This document shows positions 38,243 to 51,145 of a stretch of 64,000 nt of DNA, one piece after another. Below the pieces are notes generated by a model, which ran no database searches, was not told the DNA's origin, and saw only the letters and a program-made list of their open reading frames with translations. A program made the position numbers and the translations under genes. This stretch comes from Psilocybe cubensis (taxonomy: Eukaryota), in the NCBI GenBank assembly GCA_017499595.2, contig CM038999.1, positions 868,001 to 932,000 of the forward strand, in the 5' to 3' direction. Within the stretch, counting starts at the first letter, position 1, and each line of letters starts with the position of its first letter.

Positions 38243-40231
38243 ATGCCCTCAACTCTATCCTCACTTGCTGTTCTGATCAATCGCTCTATCATCACACTGG
38301 AAAAAGCATGCTCTGAGAGCAAGTTACCATTCCCTAGCTTCGATGAACCTTTTACCCCAGCTTCTGAGGCCTTCAGGGCGAATCCAGAAGCCGAGGAGGC
38401 GGCAAAGGTGATTGCAGCAGCGGCTCACCAGCTTATGATGATGGTTTTGCCACCATCTGTCGCACTGTATACTGCTGTCTCTGGTGTGAGTCGAAATTTT
38501 ACCGTTAATGGCGTACAGTAAACTTATTATCAACTCGATTGTTCAACAAACATTATGTCCCCAGGAATATAAATCAGCTGCACTTCGGGTCTGTCTGGAA
38601 GCCAATGTCACAGAAATATTGCGTGAAGGTGGAAAAGAGGTCAGCAAATCATTGAAAATAAATGTTATACTTGATTGAACCGAATTCAAATCTTTTCTTA
38701 GGGAATGCATGTCAAGGAGATTGCGGAGAGGACCAAGGTTAACCACAAAAAACTTGGTATGAGCCCGTAATAGTCGCTGGAATTGTAAAAATTCATATTG
38801 TCCATTAGCTCGATGCTTGAGATACCTGGCCACACATCATGTTTACAAGGAGGTTTCTCCAGACGTCTTTACCAACAATCGTGTATCTTCTATGATGGAC
38901 ACTGGGAAGGCTGTAGATGACCTCATAGCTAGGTAAGATTAACATTCAATCTTTGAAGTAAGCATTCACATTTATGAATCAGACCTGAAGAAAAACATGA
39001 AAATACCCCAGGTTTGGCTGCGATTGCCAGCCATCAGTAAGCAAGCTACCACTAGCCTCAAGGGTTTTCCACTAAAAACATGATTGGATGTCATTAGTCT
39101 TGACGAGGTATACAAGGCAGCAGGATACCTTTGGGAGTCTATGTCCGACCCTGCCACCGCCCACTCGTTCGAATCAAATGAAACGCCATTTAATTTAGGT
39201 TTAAATGTCAAAACATCATTCTGGGAAACAATTGCACTGCCAGAGCCGATTTGGCAATTCCGTCAACGCAGGTTCCATATCGGAATGAAAGGAATAGCGG
39301 GACTAGAATCGGCAGACGCCATTTTAAAAGGTACGTAGATTATCAAATCGATTGTGCAGAGAAACATCTTGCTAAAGTCCGCCGGACGTTACCATAGCCT
39401 TTGATTGGCGATCTTTACCTAAAGAGTCAGTTGTGGTGGACGTTGGTGGTGGAATTGGTGGTTCTTCTTTGGTATTGGCAAAAAACCTCCCGGACATCAA
39501 AATTGTGGTACAAGATAAACCCACTGTTCTTGCCGAGGGAGCCACTGCGGTATGCCAATGACAAAGACTTCATTAAACACTCTGACACCTCATAGCTCTG
39601 GGAAAGGGAAATGCCGGAAGCCCTTGCATCTGGCCGTGTCACCTTGCAAGGTAAATAATTTGATTTGTTGAATCCGTAGGCCTAATGAAATGCTCACTCT
39701 GATCCATAAAGCCCATGACTTCTTTACTCCCCAACCTATAAAGAATGCATCGGTCTTCTTTCTTAAACAAGTTATACATGACTGGCCCGACCCATACGCA
39801 ACCAAAATCTTGTCCGAACTGAGGAAAGCGGCACGACCAGATACAAGACTGATTATCGTGGATAGCGCCATACCCTTTGCTTGCCATGATCCAAGCGGTG
39901 ACAAAGGGAAGGGTGTCATCGGAGCCGTACCTAAAGAGGCGCCGGAGCCTCTTTTGGCAAATTACGGAGTCGCCAATGAGCTGACTTACGCTGCTGACGT
40001 GACGGTATGTATCGGTGAAACCTCTTGATTTAGAAACGACACTCATCCATTGTTTAGATGCTCATTGTTACTAACGCGCAAGAGCGGACCGTCAAGCATC
40101 TAGGAGAATTGTTGCAAAGTACTGGTTGGCGAATGACGAAGATTGTCCGTGATCACGAAACCGGCAGCTTTATGCAACCGGTCGAAGCGGTCCCAATGGT
40201 CAAAATACCAGTCGGAGATACTGCAGAATAA
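38243..40231 (+). CDS. SAM-dependent O-methyltransferase, copy 3
   Basis: Motifs VVDVGGGIGG, HDFFTPQP, KQVIHDW and NAQERT. Stop TAA at 40229-40231. Confidence 0.93.
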
Positions 40232-40905
40232 GTAATGAGCTACAGACTCTGAAAGAGTCGGACACTCACCAATTACTATGTATATTTCTATATTTATTAC
40301 TACCTTGAACAGTGCATATACTCACATTGTCTGATGGATGTATTTTTACCAGATATGAAGTAAACAATATATTGCGGTATACTAAATTGAATTGAATAAG
40401 TGCAAAGTTAGCGGCTGAACAGGCAGATCATGCATTAAGGTAATATATATTTGGCCTTTGCATGATAAAAGTAGCACAACTTGTGCAATCAATCAGGTTG
40501 GTGTCACTGGCGGTAATGAGTATCATTGATGCTCATCACAGAAATATAGTCCGAGTGAACTCCAACATTCAGAAAACATATGGTGAGCACCAAGATGCAT
40601 ATTATTCTGGCAATCAAGGTCTGGAGAAGTCAAATAGAAGTGTAGGCGTGTCCTTCATCATGTCATTTCCCTGCCAAATATACCAGTAATGGCAGACCAT
40701 CAAGTCGTTTATCAAAGAACGGGACAACCCATCATACATCATTCCCTATGGTGCAAAGATTAGAAGGTTAAATTCTCATGAATTACTCTTCAAGACTCCT
40801 TTAAATACCAAAGCATTACAGGTACATACAAATTCTCATCATCCTTGAGGTTCAATTCAACAGATACTAACAGCTTGTAGAGATCCAACTCCTTGCGGTC
40901 CCGCA

Positions 40906-42896
40906 ATGCCCTCAACTCTATCCTCACTCGCTTTTCTAATCAATCGCTCTATCATCACACTGGAAAAAGCATGCTCTGAGAGCAAATTACCATTCCCTGG
41001 CTTCGACGAACCTTTTACTCCAGCTTCTGAGGCCTTCAGGGCGAATCCAGAAGCCGAAGAGGCGGCAAAGGTGATTGCAGCAGCGGCTCACCAGCTTATG
41101 ATGATGGTTTTGCCACCATCTGTCGCACTGTATACTGTTGTCTCTGGTGTGAGTTCAAATTTTAACGTTAATGGCGTACAGTAAACTCACTATCAACTCG
41201 ATTGTTCAACGAACATTATGTCTCCAGGCACATAAATCAGCTGCACTTCGGGTCTGTCTGGAAGCCAATGTCACGGAAATATTGCGTGAAGGTGGAAAAG
41301 AGGTCAGCAAATCATTGAACAATAAATGTTATACTTGATTGAATCAAATTCAAATCTTTTCTTAGGGAATGCATGTCAAGGAGATTGCGGAGAGGACCAA
41401 GGTTAACCACCAAAAACTTGGTATGTGCCCATAGTAGTCGCTGGAATTGTAAAAATTCATATTGTCCATTAGCTCGCTGCTTGAGATACCTGGCCACACA
41501 TCATGTTTACAAGGAGGTTTCTCCAGACGTCTTTACCAACAATCGTGTATCTTCTATGATGGACACTGGGAAGGCTGTAGATGACCTCATAGCTAGGTAA
41601 GATTGACGTTCAATCTTTGAAGTAAGCATTCACATTTATGAATCAGACCTGAAGAAAAACATGAAAATACCCCAGGTTTGGCTGCGGTTGCCAGCCATCA
41701 GTAAGCAAGCTACCACTAGCCTAAAGGGTTTTCTACTAAAAACATGATTGGATGTCATTAGTCTTGACGAGGTATACAAGGCAGCAGGATACCTTTGGGA
41801 ATCTATGTCCGACCCTGCCACCGCTCATTCGTTCGAATCAAATGAGACACCGTTTAACCTAGGCTTTTCTGTCAATACATCATTTTTTGAAACGATTGCT
41901 TTGCCAGATCCTCGCTGGCAACTCCGTCAACGCAGGTTCAATGTCGGTATGAAGGGAGTAACAGTTCTTGAATCGGCAGACGCTGTTTTAAAAGGTGCGT
42001 AGATCACTAAATCGATTGTGCAGAGAGACCATTTGCTGAAGTCAACTTGACGATATTATAGCGTTTGATTGGCAATCCCTACCGAAAGACTCCGTTGTGG
42101 TCGACGTAGGTGGCGGAATTGGCAGTTCCTCCTTGATATTAGCAAAAAACCTCCCGGATATTAAAATTGTGATACAAGACACACCCATCGTCCTTACTGA
42201 AGGAGCTACACAAGTATGAAACAGACTTCGTTGAATTTGTGGAATAATCTAACACCTCCATAGTTCTGGGCAAGGGAATTACCGGAAGCCCTCGCGTCTG
42301 GCCGTGTAAGCTTTCAAGGTTAATTTGATTTGTGGAATATTCAAGTTTAACGAAATGCTTACTCCGATCAACGAAGTTCACGATTTCTTCACTCCCCAAC
42401 CCATAAAAAATGCATCGGTGTTCTTGCTCAAGCAAATCATGCATGACTGGCCCGACAAATATGCAATCAAAATATTGTCCCAGCTAAGGCAAGCAGCCCG
42501 ACCAGACACGCGACTAATTATCATCGAAAGCGCCATACCCTTTGCTTGTCATGATCCAAGCGGTGATAAAGGGAAGGGTGTCATCGGAGCTGTACCCAAG
42601 GAAGCGCCCGAGCCGCTTTTGGCAAATTATGGAGTCGCTAATGAACTGACTTACACTGCTGACGTGACGGTATGTATCGGCGAAACGTCTTGATTTAGAA
42701 ATGACACTCATCCAGTGCTTAGATGCTAATCCTCACTAACGCGCAAGAGCGAACTGTCAAGGACATGAAGGAATTGTTACACAGTACTGGGTGGCAAATG
42801 ACGAAGATAGTCCGTGATCACGAAACCGGCAGCTTCATGCAACCGGTCGAAGCGGTCCCAATGGTCAAAATACCAGTCAGAGACACTGCAGAATGA
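40906..42896 (+). CDS. SAM-dependent O-methyltransferase, copy 4
   Basis: Motifs VVDVGGGIGS, HDFFTPQP, KQIMHDW and NAQERT. Stop TGA at 42894-42896. Confidence 0.93.
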
Positions 42897-43084
42897 TCAA
42901 TGAAACACAGTTTGCGAAAGAATCAGACACTCACCAACTATGTATTTTAATCTGTATCCCTGTATGTGCACACCGTCTGATTGATGTACTCAACTGAGCC
43001 TGGATGGAAATAACGATATATTTCGGCATAGTAAATCGAATCAGTGACAAATAAGTCGGTGAAGCATCTATGATAGAGCAACAT

Positions 43085-45338
43085 CTATGCCTTGTATAAG
43101 GCATCCAAGAATGCGGACGCCAGTTGGCTAACCATATCAGGTCCAACAGCGCTAGAGTTCCCGAGACCTTGCAGATAGTCAGAACGTCCGTACAAATTAA
43201 AGATTGAGGAACCTTCATACCATACACAGACACCATGGTGCCTTTTCCTGAGGGTGCCACCTTGGCTTCTCGCACGCAATCTTTCAAATCCGCAATAAAT
43301 TGATCCACCACAGGAAGGGTGAGTCTCTGCAGTTCAAGGTCAGCCTTTGAATTGAAATGATAATGAGAAAGACAAACCGTGCAAGCGATATGCACGCTCT
43401 TGGGCGAGCTCAACCCATTCAAGTGCCATCCTCTTTTGCGCATGCCATCGCCCACTTCCAGTGGGTCAACGGTGGGGTTCCGACTACCAAACGCAACCAC
43501 AGACGCGGGAGGGTTGCCGAGTACATAAAGTTCCGGAATGTCATCAGTAATGGCATCTGCTATCTTTCGCGTCGCAATCACAATATCGCGGCAAGAAGAC
43601 AGGTAACCTCTGAAATATAGTTCATCAGTGAGTGGTTAAATTCAAATGACACCACGACATACTCTGTACCCATATATTGCATAACTGCCCAGCATCCTGC
43701 AATCAGAGCACCGGGACTGCAAAGTTATAAATAAAAGTTTCATCAGGTAGTACAGCTCAGTTACTCACCGAGATCCGGACAGACTGGGGCTGGCATAGAC
43801 ACCACCTAGAAGATATTGATAAATGTTAAATTGAACGAATGTATAGAAGCATACCAGGCCAGATAGGGTTAACATAGTATTGGAAACGACGCAGCTCAGC
43901 GGATCTGTACATGATGACGGATGTACCCTGTCAAATTTCCGAGTGAACAGGCTAAATATGAAACTCGTAAACTCAACCATACTTTAGGAGCAAATCCATA
44001 TTTGTGCGTATCACAGCTGATAGCGGTGACGCCATCCACGGTGAAGTCGAAAGGTGTAAGTTTATATCTTCCTTTATTATCACCTTTAGCGAGGCCAGCT
44101 GGTTCGAGGAAGGGGACGATGAAAGAGCCCAGACAACAGTCGACATGCAGTCCAATGTTGTATTTTTTTGCAAGGGCGCCTAAAGCCTCGATGTCGTCTT
44201 GATTGCCGTCTGGGAACCCTATACAGGAGCCTACAATCTATAGGCAAATCATTGATAAAAATACTAAAGATAATAAAATCGTGCGAACCATGATGGTGTT
44301 AGAATTTCTGTGTTCGGACTTAGTACATTGGTCGACATAACCAGTCAAGATAAACTCACATGGCACGCTTGACATGCTTGATGTTTACTTGTCGAGTATA
44401 AGAGTCTACCGGAATGCTATGCAGCTTGATACCAAGGTATGCAGCAGCTTTGTCGAACGCTGCGTGGGCCGAGACGGGGACGACCCTACACACAAAATCA
44501 GTATAATGTCAACATATTTGATGAAATCGGCCCTTACATTTCCGGTTCCTTGATGCCCTTCACAGAGCGCGCCCAATCTCGATGTGTTTTTACAGACATG
44601 ACGATACTTTCAGTTCCGCCAGAAGTCATGGCGCCCGCTGCACCTTCTGGTCCACGGTACATCTTCAAACACATGGCGACAATTTCAGCCTCCATCTTTC
44701 GGACTGCCGGAAAAACGTCGGGATGCAAAGGGTTAGACACGCAATATCTGGAGTACGCTGCGACAATAATTTTGGCCAGCTCATCCCCGCCGTCTGCATC
44801 CTTTTGATTAGCCTTGCATAGGGCTATGACTGTGTTCTCTTACGATAGACGGCTCCAGAGAGCTTCCCTTGCCTCCACGCGTCACTCGTGCCACCTAACT
44901 CGGTGTCCATCTTGTCCATTTCTTGAGTAATCCATTCCAGTGATTTCCCTTCAGACGGGAGTGAGAGGTGGCGAGTCACATTGGCGCCCTTGGGTACGAG
45001 ACGATTTTCAATGTCAAGCTTCGCTTGGTCCATTTGCGAAGCTACTTTCTTGCGAGTGGCAGGCAAACGGAGAAGAAGTCGTATAATTTGCTATAGGAAC
45101 CCTGGTCAGCATTTATGTAGTATAGGCCAGACTAGTTGTAACACACCTGAGATATCCATGTGTAGAGCTCTTTCAACGACGCAGATATGCCCCTTGCCCG
45201 AAGATGCCGCTTGACTTTGATGGCCTGGACGAGAAGAACATAATAGAAAAGACCGGACTTCGCGTTGTCTAGTGTCAAAAAAGTCGAGATATACTGCCTC
45301 GCTGATCCTCTGGCGGCAGAAACAGCGTTGAGGGCCAT
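43085..45338 (-). CDS. DPL1: Sphingosine-1-phosphate lyase (PLP-dependent)
   Basis: [61 protein letters not shown]-lysine motif [25 protein letters not shown] and RGWHLNGL. Confidence 0.96.
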
Positions 45339-45460
45339 TGTGGTTGTAGTTTTGTTCAGGCCAAGTGCTGGTAAATATAGCAGGTCACAACTCGGGTTTC
45401 ACACGGCGGCCCGATGACATAACCGATTGCCGCCCCGATTCTTCTAACCAGACCTCCATC

Positions 45461-46072
45461 ATGCGTATGGTTTGTCCAATTTTTGTCACCCAATTGAATC
45501 GTATCTAACATCTTGATATCAGCTCGAACAAGAAGAAGAGAATGATGATGCTGCAGAGGTCACTTGGGGTGTGTTTTTCAGCACAAATCGAGTGGGAGAA
45601 TGAAGGGCTGATGCGAACGACTGAAAGAGGACCAACAGCGAATCAACACTTTTTCAAAGTTGAATACGAGGATACGGCTAATTCAAGAGAAACTGGAGGA
45701 GCTTAAGGCACGCTAACAACTCAAACACCCCGCTTTCTATACTGATCAGCTGTAAACAGCAAGAAAAAGAAGCCCTTGATGATCTTTCTACTGAATTGGA
45801 GCTTGCCGACGAGGACGAGCCTGTATTGTACTAATTCTAGTGTTTTTTTCTTTGAGAAAACCCGCTAAACTCTTGACAGATACAAAATCGGAGAAGCATT
45901 TCTACACATGCGACAATCACGAGCTTTAAAGCGCCTTGAACAAGATCAGGCATCGGTCGACGCTAAGGTGGCAGTTTTGGCAGGGCAGGCGGACGAGTGC
46001 GAGGTTCAGATGAAAGAGCTAAAGGTCAAGCTATACTCAAAATTCGGCAAGGCTATCAATCTAGACGAATGA
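45461..46072 (+). CDS. GIM3: Prefoldin subunit 4
   Basis: Spliced protein MRM-LEQEEENDDAAEVTWEDQQRINTFSKLNTR...LSTELELADEDEPVLYKIGEAFLH...MKELKVKLYSKFGKAINLDE. The ORF track misses it because the exons are short. Confidence 0.92.
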
Positions 46073-47110
46073 AGGAATCAGCTTTTTACGTCCAAAGGGG
46101 TAGCGGTCCACCGTCCACAACATCAATGTCAGTTTTGAGATGTTTTGGCGATGCTTCACATGGGGACTTTCGCCGACCGAAATACTACATTAAAAATGGG
46201 TTTCTTGCTCCAATTATAACGACGCGATCCGTCCCAAACCTTCGTAGTGTCAATCATTCCACCCTGTTGTTGACGAGCCGGGACATGCAAACGACGAATA
46301 TGACTAGCATGATAAAACGTGATGGCATTCGATTTAGATGCTCGTCTTCGGGCATAAACTGACTGCTTTCTTCAGTAGGAGCGTAAAGAGTGAGAGATGA
46401 CAATTTCGATCTTCATTCACTCTTAAAACAATTTTGATGAAATTTGCACTTGTTTCTTCCATCGGCCCACTTGGCACTCATCCCACCAAACGTTCTGAGA
46501 ACTATATAGTTGGGCCATTGCCACATACATTCAACTATGATATGCCAGGGTTCAGGCAAGATTAAATAATGGTCTTACCTGGTCTTACAAATGGCGTTGC
46601 TCGAACAATTAAATGAACAAAGGCTCATTTCATAGCCCAAGATGGATGTAGGGCAACCATGATAAGAACTTGCTTCCTCCGTGAGGGGTGCTTCCCGGGT
46701 CCTCGAATATTTCAATGAAAAGTATCGGGAGTCAAAGCTATTAGAAAAGGCCAAGTTTAAGATAAAGTGGACAAGTTATGCCTCGGGAGCTCTGAGAATA
46801 GCCGTTGTTCCTGTGGTGTGCGATCATTGGTATACTAGTGAACGATTGATGACCAAATTTGACCTCCGCTCTCAAAATACAGGGGTCATCACACCCCAAC
46901 AGTGCAAAAAAAAAATATAACGAATCAAATGAATTATATACAAGGTAGAAAGTGATGAGCCAATGCAAAACAATATGTACAACTGATTTAGGAATACTAG
47001 GTATATGAAGTAACATGAATATATCAACTGGAGGAAGGGAATTTGAAAAGGTTCCAAACTTTCAAAGGTATCATCGACTCCACAGCCACCATATTTTTAA
47101 ATAACAAATC

Positions 47111-50100
47111 CTACAACCGATCCTTCTCCACAAGGTCCAACAAACTATCATCAGGCTGCTTCTCATTATCCGATATGAAGTTCAAGATGTTCTCAAACAC
47201 TTCCGTACGCTGACTATAACGAGGGCCAGACAAAGTAACTTCCGACGCTTGCTGTCCACGAATCAGTACCTCGAGAGGGTCTGTCATGCCTTTCAAGCGA
47301 TCAGCCCCACCAACGAGGACGGAAGAAAATGATGATAGAGTCGCGTCCGTCGACAATTCGCTCGTCCATATTTCGCTCTCGGCCCGACTTTCTTTCCCTG
47401 CCCTGGAGCGCTTGACGGGCCTTGGGTTATTCTCCCTAGTATCTTCATGACCAACAAAACTAGCAGTTGATCCCGATGAGGTCGACTCGGAAGAAGAAGA
47501 TGAGGAAGAGGAAGAGGAAGAAGTCGAAGGGCGTGATTCAGAGGTCGAAGGTGAAATGGCAGGCGAAGGCGATAGGAGGTGGGTAAGCAGCGCTCTAAAT
47601 ATCTCTGCTTCTTTGGTGTTGCTGTGGTCCACAACGCTCGCTACTTGGGTTTGCAGGAACTTTAGGGCTTTCACCGGAGGCTCCGCTTCGCACATTTCGC
47701 GGAATCTGGACATAGAATGGTTAGCTGAGCACATGAAAGTGAGATAAAGTGTAATTACTGTTGCCGACGGATCTGGAACTTGGCTTGTCGAATGATTTCC
47801 TCTGGGCCAGGTCTATGTAGATAAGAGTAAATAAAAACTTGGATCGCTAATGCAAGAACACAACAGACCTCTCTAACTGCATCCTCCAGAAATCATCCAG
47901 TCGCCTTTCCTTACTCGACTTCGGTGCATCCTTGGTTTGATCGCTTGACGCATCTGCAGGAGTGGAATCTCCATCTGTTTTTATAGCATCCCCTACAAGG
48001 GCTCCGCCCGCATTTCCACCATGCAGATACACTGTTTTGGTTTTGGGGTTGTAGGCCGCTTGATGGGCAAATCTAGGAAGGGGTAGTTCTGCAGCAGCTT
48101 TATCGGGTTGTTGAAGGATTTGCATCCATTTTCCCGGTTGGCCTTCGTATCTATAGACCCAATAGGATTGATTGGCTCTCAAAGTACTACGCGGGTTAGA
48201 GGTGGCGTTTCTTGTCAATCCACAGAATCTTAGGTGAATGAATAAGAAAGATGCAATTTTTGTGATTCAAATAGGAGGACGTACATATAAATTTCTTTCA
48301 AATTAGGATCGATGACCGCCCTTTGCGTGAAACAGGGATCTGGGCCTCCAGCCGCACTGAAATTGGAGAATATTTCTGTCGAAATTCCGGTCCTGATGTT
48401 GTAGGTATACATGTCCGAAAGGTACTTGTCCTCTCGTTGTCCAGCAAAAATATATAACATCTTGTTTATCGAATCAAGGACCATAGAATGACCTACATAA
48501 TGTAAGCATGTGAGCATCGTTCCACCGAAATCCATGGTCGCAAATCTTACCAAAGCGAGGGGGTATCATTTGGAAAGTCGATGAGCTGTCATTTGGTGGG
48601 CTAAGCGGTTTTAAGACCGATGTGCAACGATATCTACAAGGAAAACAAACGTACTGTAAAGATTGCCACTTGCTAGTACTGACATTGTAGCTGTATAAGC
48701 CAGAATATTTGGAAGTATCCCAATCGCCATCCACTACCCGACCTCCGAACACGTAAAGAATCTGAGCTTCCGAGTCCATGACCATTTGGTGATCGAATAT
48801 CAGGGGAGGACCTCCACTGGCCTAAGTGTCCTCATAAAAAGGCGAATAGATGAAATGAAGTGTACCAACTTACCGCTGTATCAATAGATAAGAAATCCCA
48901 TTTTCCAGCAAGCAGACCGCGTGTGTGATACCGATAGAATTCTGATGAGTATATCCTGTTCGACTCCGATTCTCCAGACGTTGCAGGTGTCTGTGAACCT
49001 TGTGGCGGTTGAGATGCTCCAGGGACTGCGGGAAGGGTTCCATGTGGCGGTCGGGCAGTTGACTGGACAGGAACTGGCAGTCTCAGACCATCAGAATCAT
49101 TCAACCGTCCTAGCACATAGATATCTCCAGTCTTTGTGTCGAAGACCATCTTATGACACGATCGTGCGCCAGGGGCATTTGTCTCCTGAGTGGTGCTATG
49201 GCTTAAAATCTTCCACTTGTCTTCTTTAACACTGTAAGCCCAGAAATCGTCCAGACTCTTCTCTCCGTTCCATCCTCCAAAGATGTAGATTATTTCATTC
49301 TCAGGATCCATGCACATGGCATGGCCACCGCGAGCTGGCGGCACGTCGCCATCATTATCGGTTCCAAGAAGGCGGGTCCATTCAGCACGAGGCTGCAATG
49401 ATTGAAGATGGGCATCGAAAAGACCGGAAGTATTGAGTGAGTCTAGAAGTTTTTCTGAGTCGTCCCAGTTTCCTTTCAGGACAAGGTTTTCATGCAGTTG
49501 GGTGACGAGTGGATGTTCGAGGTGTATATTGGCACGCGAAAGGACAGATTGATATGGCGTCAACAATCTTCTTTGGCGGAGGTGCTTGAGAATGTATCGA
49601 ATGACTAATGTTTCTCGATGCTACAGGCAGGATGACTATGCGGAATGACCTCGAAGAACTTCGAACTCACCTCCTCGTACGAATTGCGCACTTGCTCGAC
49701 GTAGTTCTCGTCAATTATTCCGGCCAGGGATGTATGCCAGATCGAGATATGAAAGTTTTGGCCATGAGCTCTATGAAAGAAATCAGTAACGAACCATTCT
49801 TTAGAAATATTAACCTACAATATCGGCACGATTTTGACAAATTGAGTGGGGAAAGGGACGCCAGAGCTATTGACGTGTTTGAGAGAAAAAGTCTCTGGGG
49901 TCGAATCGTTCTTCAGACCTGCGTGGAGGACTTCGGCCATATGGTCTTCTGAAAGACCAACGAACACTTTAAATTCTTTCATATTGCATGGGTGGGCTGT
50001 AGAAGTATTAGACAGTAGTCCATGGATGGTATATCTCATAATTACGTTTGCAATACTAGAAAGCCACCCGTGGCATTAGAACCTAGAAATGCAAGGTATG

Positions 50101-50397
50101 GCGAAGGGACTTACTTTTCCAAATGTTATTGTCTCTACAACGCACAGCTGGTGAGTTATATGCATTGAGGATGATGTATAAATTCGCACTAAGCACGACC
50201 AACGACTCTAGCCGCAAAATTATCCACTGGTTGGTGTTACCCTGAAAGGCGCCACTCCATCTACTGGCCTGATCCAGTGGTTTATCCTGAATTATGTGTT
50301 CTGGTCCATATTTACCGCTATGGGGTGTTGACGACGCAATGGTGTACTTCAAAGGAACGATCTTCGGTGTTGAGGATTGGTGAGCTGGTATGGCCAT
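47111..50397 (-). CDS. Muskelin homolog (discoidin-like Muskelin_N domain, LisH/CTLH-like segment, kelch repeats)
   Basis: N-terminal PLDQASRWSG, HPCNMKEFKVFVGL...AGLKNDSTPETF and NFHISIWHTSL. Middle LEHPLVTQLHENLVLKGNW. Kelch repeats ARGGHAMC, ARSCHKMVFD, IFDHQMV, CFTQRAVID and PRFAHQ. Confidence 0.9.
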
Positions 50398-50553
50398 AAT
50401 TTGATTCTTAAGAGACGAGACGGGAAATGAACGAAAACTTCGACGACGTTAGCCTAGTTAATTTGTTTGGATAGTTTTGAAGTGTTAAAAGAAATGAATA
50501 AAGGTTGTAGTTGAAATCTAAGCGGTGGCTGGTACGAGTCTAAGCGCCTAGTA

Positions 50554-51145
50554 AGATTGGGCTCATCAGGAACCAGCACCCCCTTAGGTAAGCAAAAGTT
50601 GGCTTACCTCCGAACCTTTTCAACCCTTCTGCACTCACACTATTCTACATTTTTGAACCACAGATATGTAGGTTATGCTTCTTTGAACACATCTGTGGTT
50701 TTTTTTTTCAAAAAAATTTTGATCTCAAGAAGTTATAAAGATTTTAATTTTTTTCCTTTTTTTTTAGTCTAACACGTCAGAAATGGTGTTTTCTCGAGTT
50801 TGGGAGATTTTCGAAAATTTGACAATGTTCTTTTGGCCGCTTATATAATGGTACACGTGACCACACGTGACAATAAGTCACGCCTAAGTAATACCTCTCA
50901 GACTCATTATGGACTTCCAGAGACTACAATTTGACCTCTGAGGTGTAATTCTATTATTGTGGGCATAAAGGCTAGTAGTAAGGATTGTATATGCACATTT
51001 ATGAATTTTTTTTTTTTAAACTTTTTGTCTGAAACCATTTTCCGTCAACATAACTTTTGATTTTTTTTTCGAGCTGGATTTTGGCCGCTCTTGGCGCCAA
51101 GCCCATTGATTACGTAAGGGTGCTGGTTTCTGATGAGCCCAATCT
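50554..51145. mobile_element. MITE / non-autonomous DNA transposon (Tc1/mariner-like, TA target)
   Basis: ~40-bp TIRs: left AGATTGGGCTCATCAGGAACCAGCACCCCCTTAGGTAA, reverse complement of right end AGATTGGGCTCATCAGAAACCAGCACCCTTACGTAA. TA on both sides (50552-50553 and 51146-51147). AT-rich interior with no transposase. Confidence 0.85.

Larger units (their letters stand above)
35120..43030 (+). repeat. Tandem segmental triplication, unit ~2.65 kb (promoter + OMT gene + 3' flank)
   Basis: ATGs at 35593, 38243 and 40906 (spacings 2650 and 2663). Shared upstream block ATGCATTA...CATGATAAAAGT at ~35120-35162, ~37777-37820 and ~40430-40472. Shared downstream GACACTCACCAA(TTA)CTATGTAT. Outer boundaries are approximate. 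Confidence 0.9.

Noticed and set aside
21916..42896. Psilocybin, amatoxin (MSDIN) or borosin cluster
   Set aside because: No PsiD/PsiK/PsiM, prolyl oligopeptidase, MSDIN/MFDTN leader or OphMA-type methyltransferase was seen. The methyltransferases are Methyltransf_2 O-MTs.
43085..45338. PLP enzyme as an amino-acid decarboxylase backbone for the OMT cluster
   Set aside because: Its motifs and N-terminal membrane anchor match conserved sphingosine-1-phosphate lyase, a housekeeping gene paired head-to-head with prefoldin 4.
45997..47057. Short ORFs between GIM3 and muskelin
   Set aside because: Non-ATG starts, no motifs and no consistent exon chain; probably 3' UTR or intergenic sequence.
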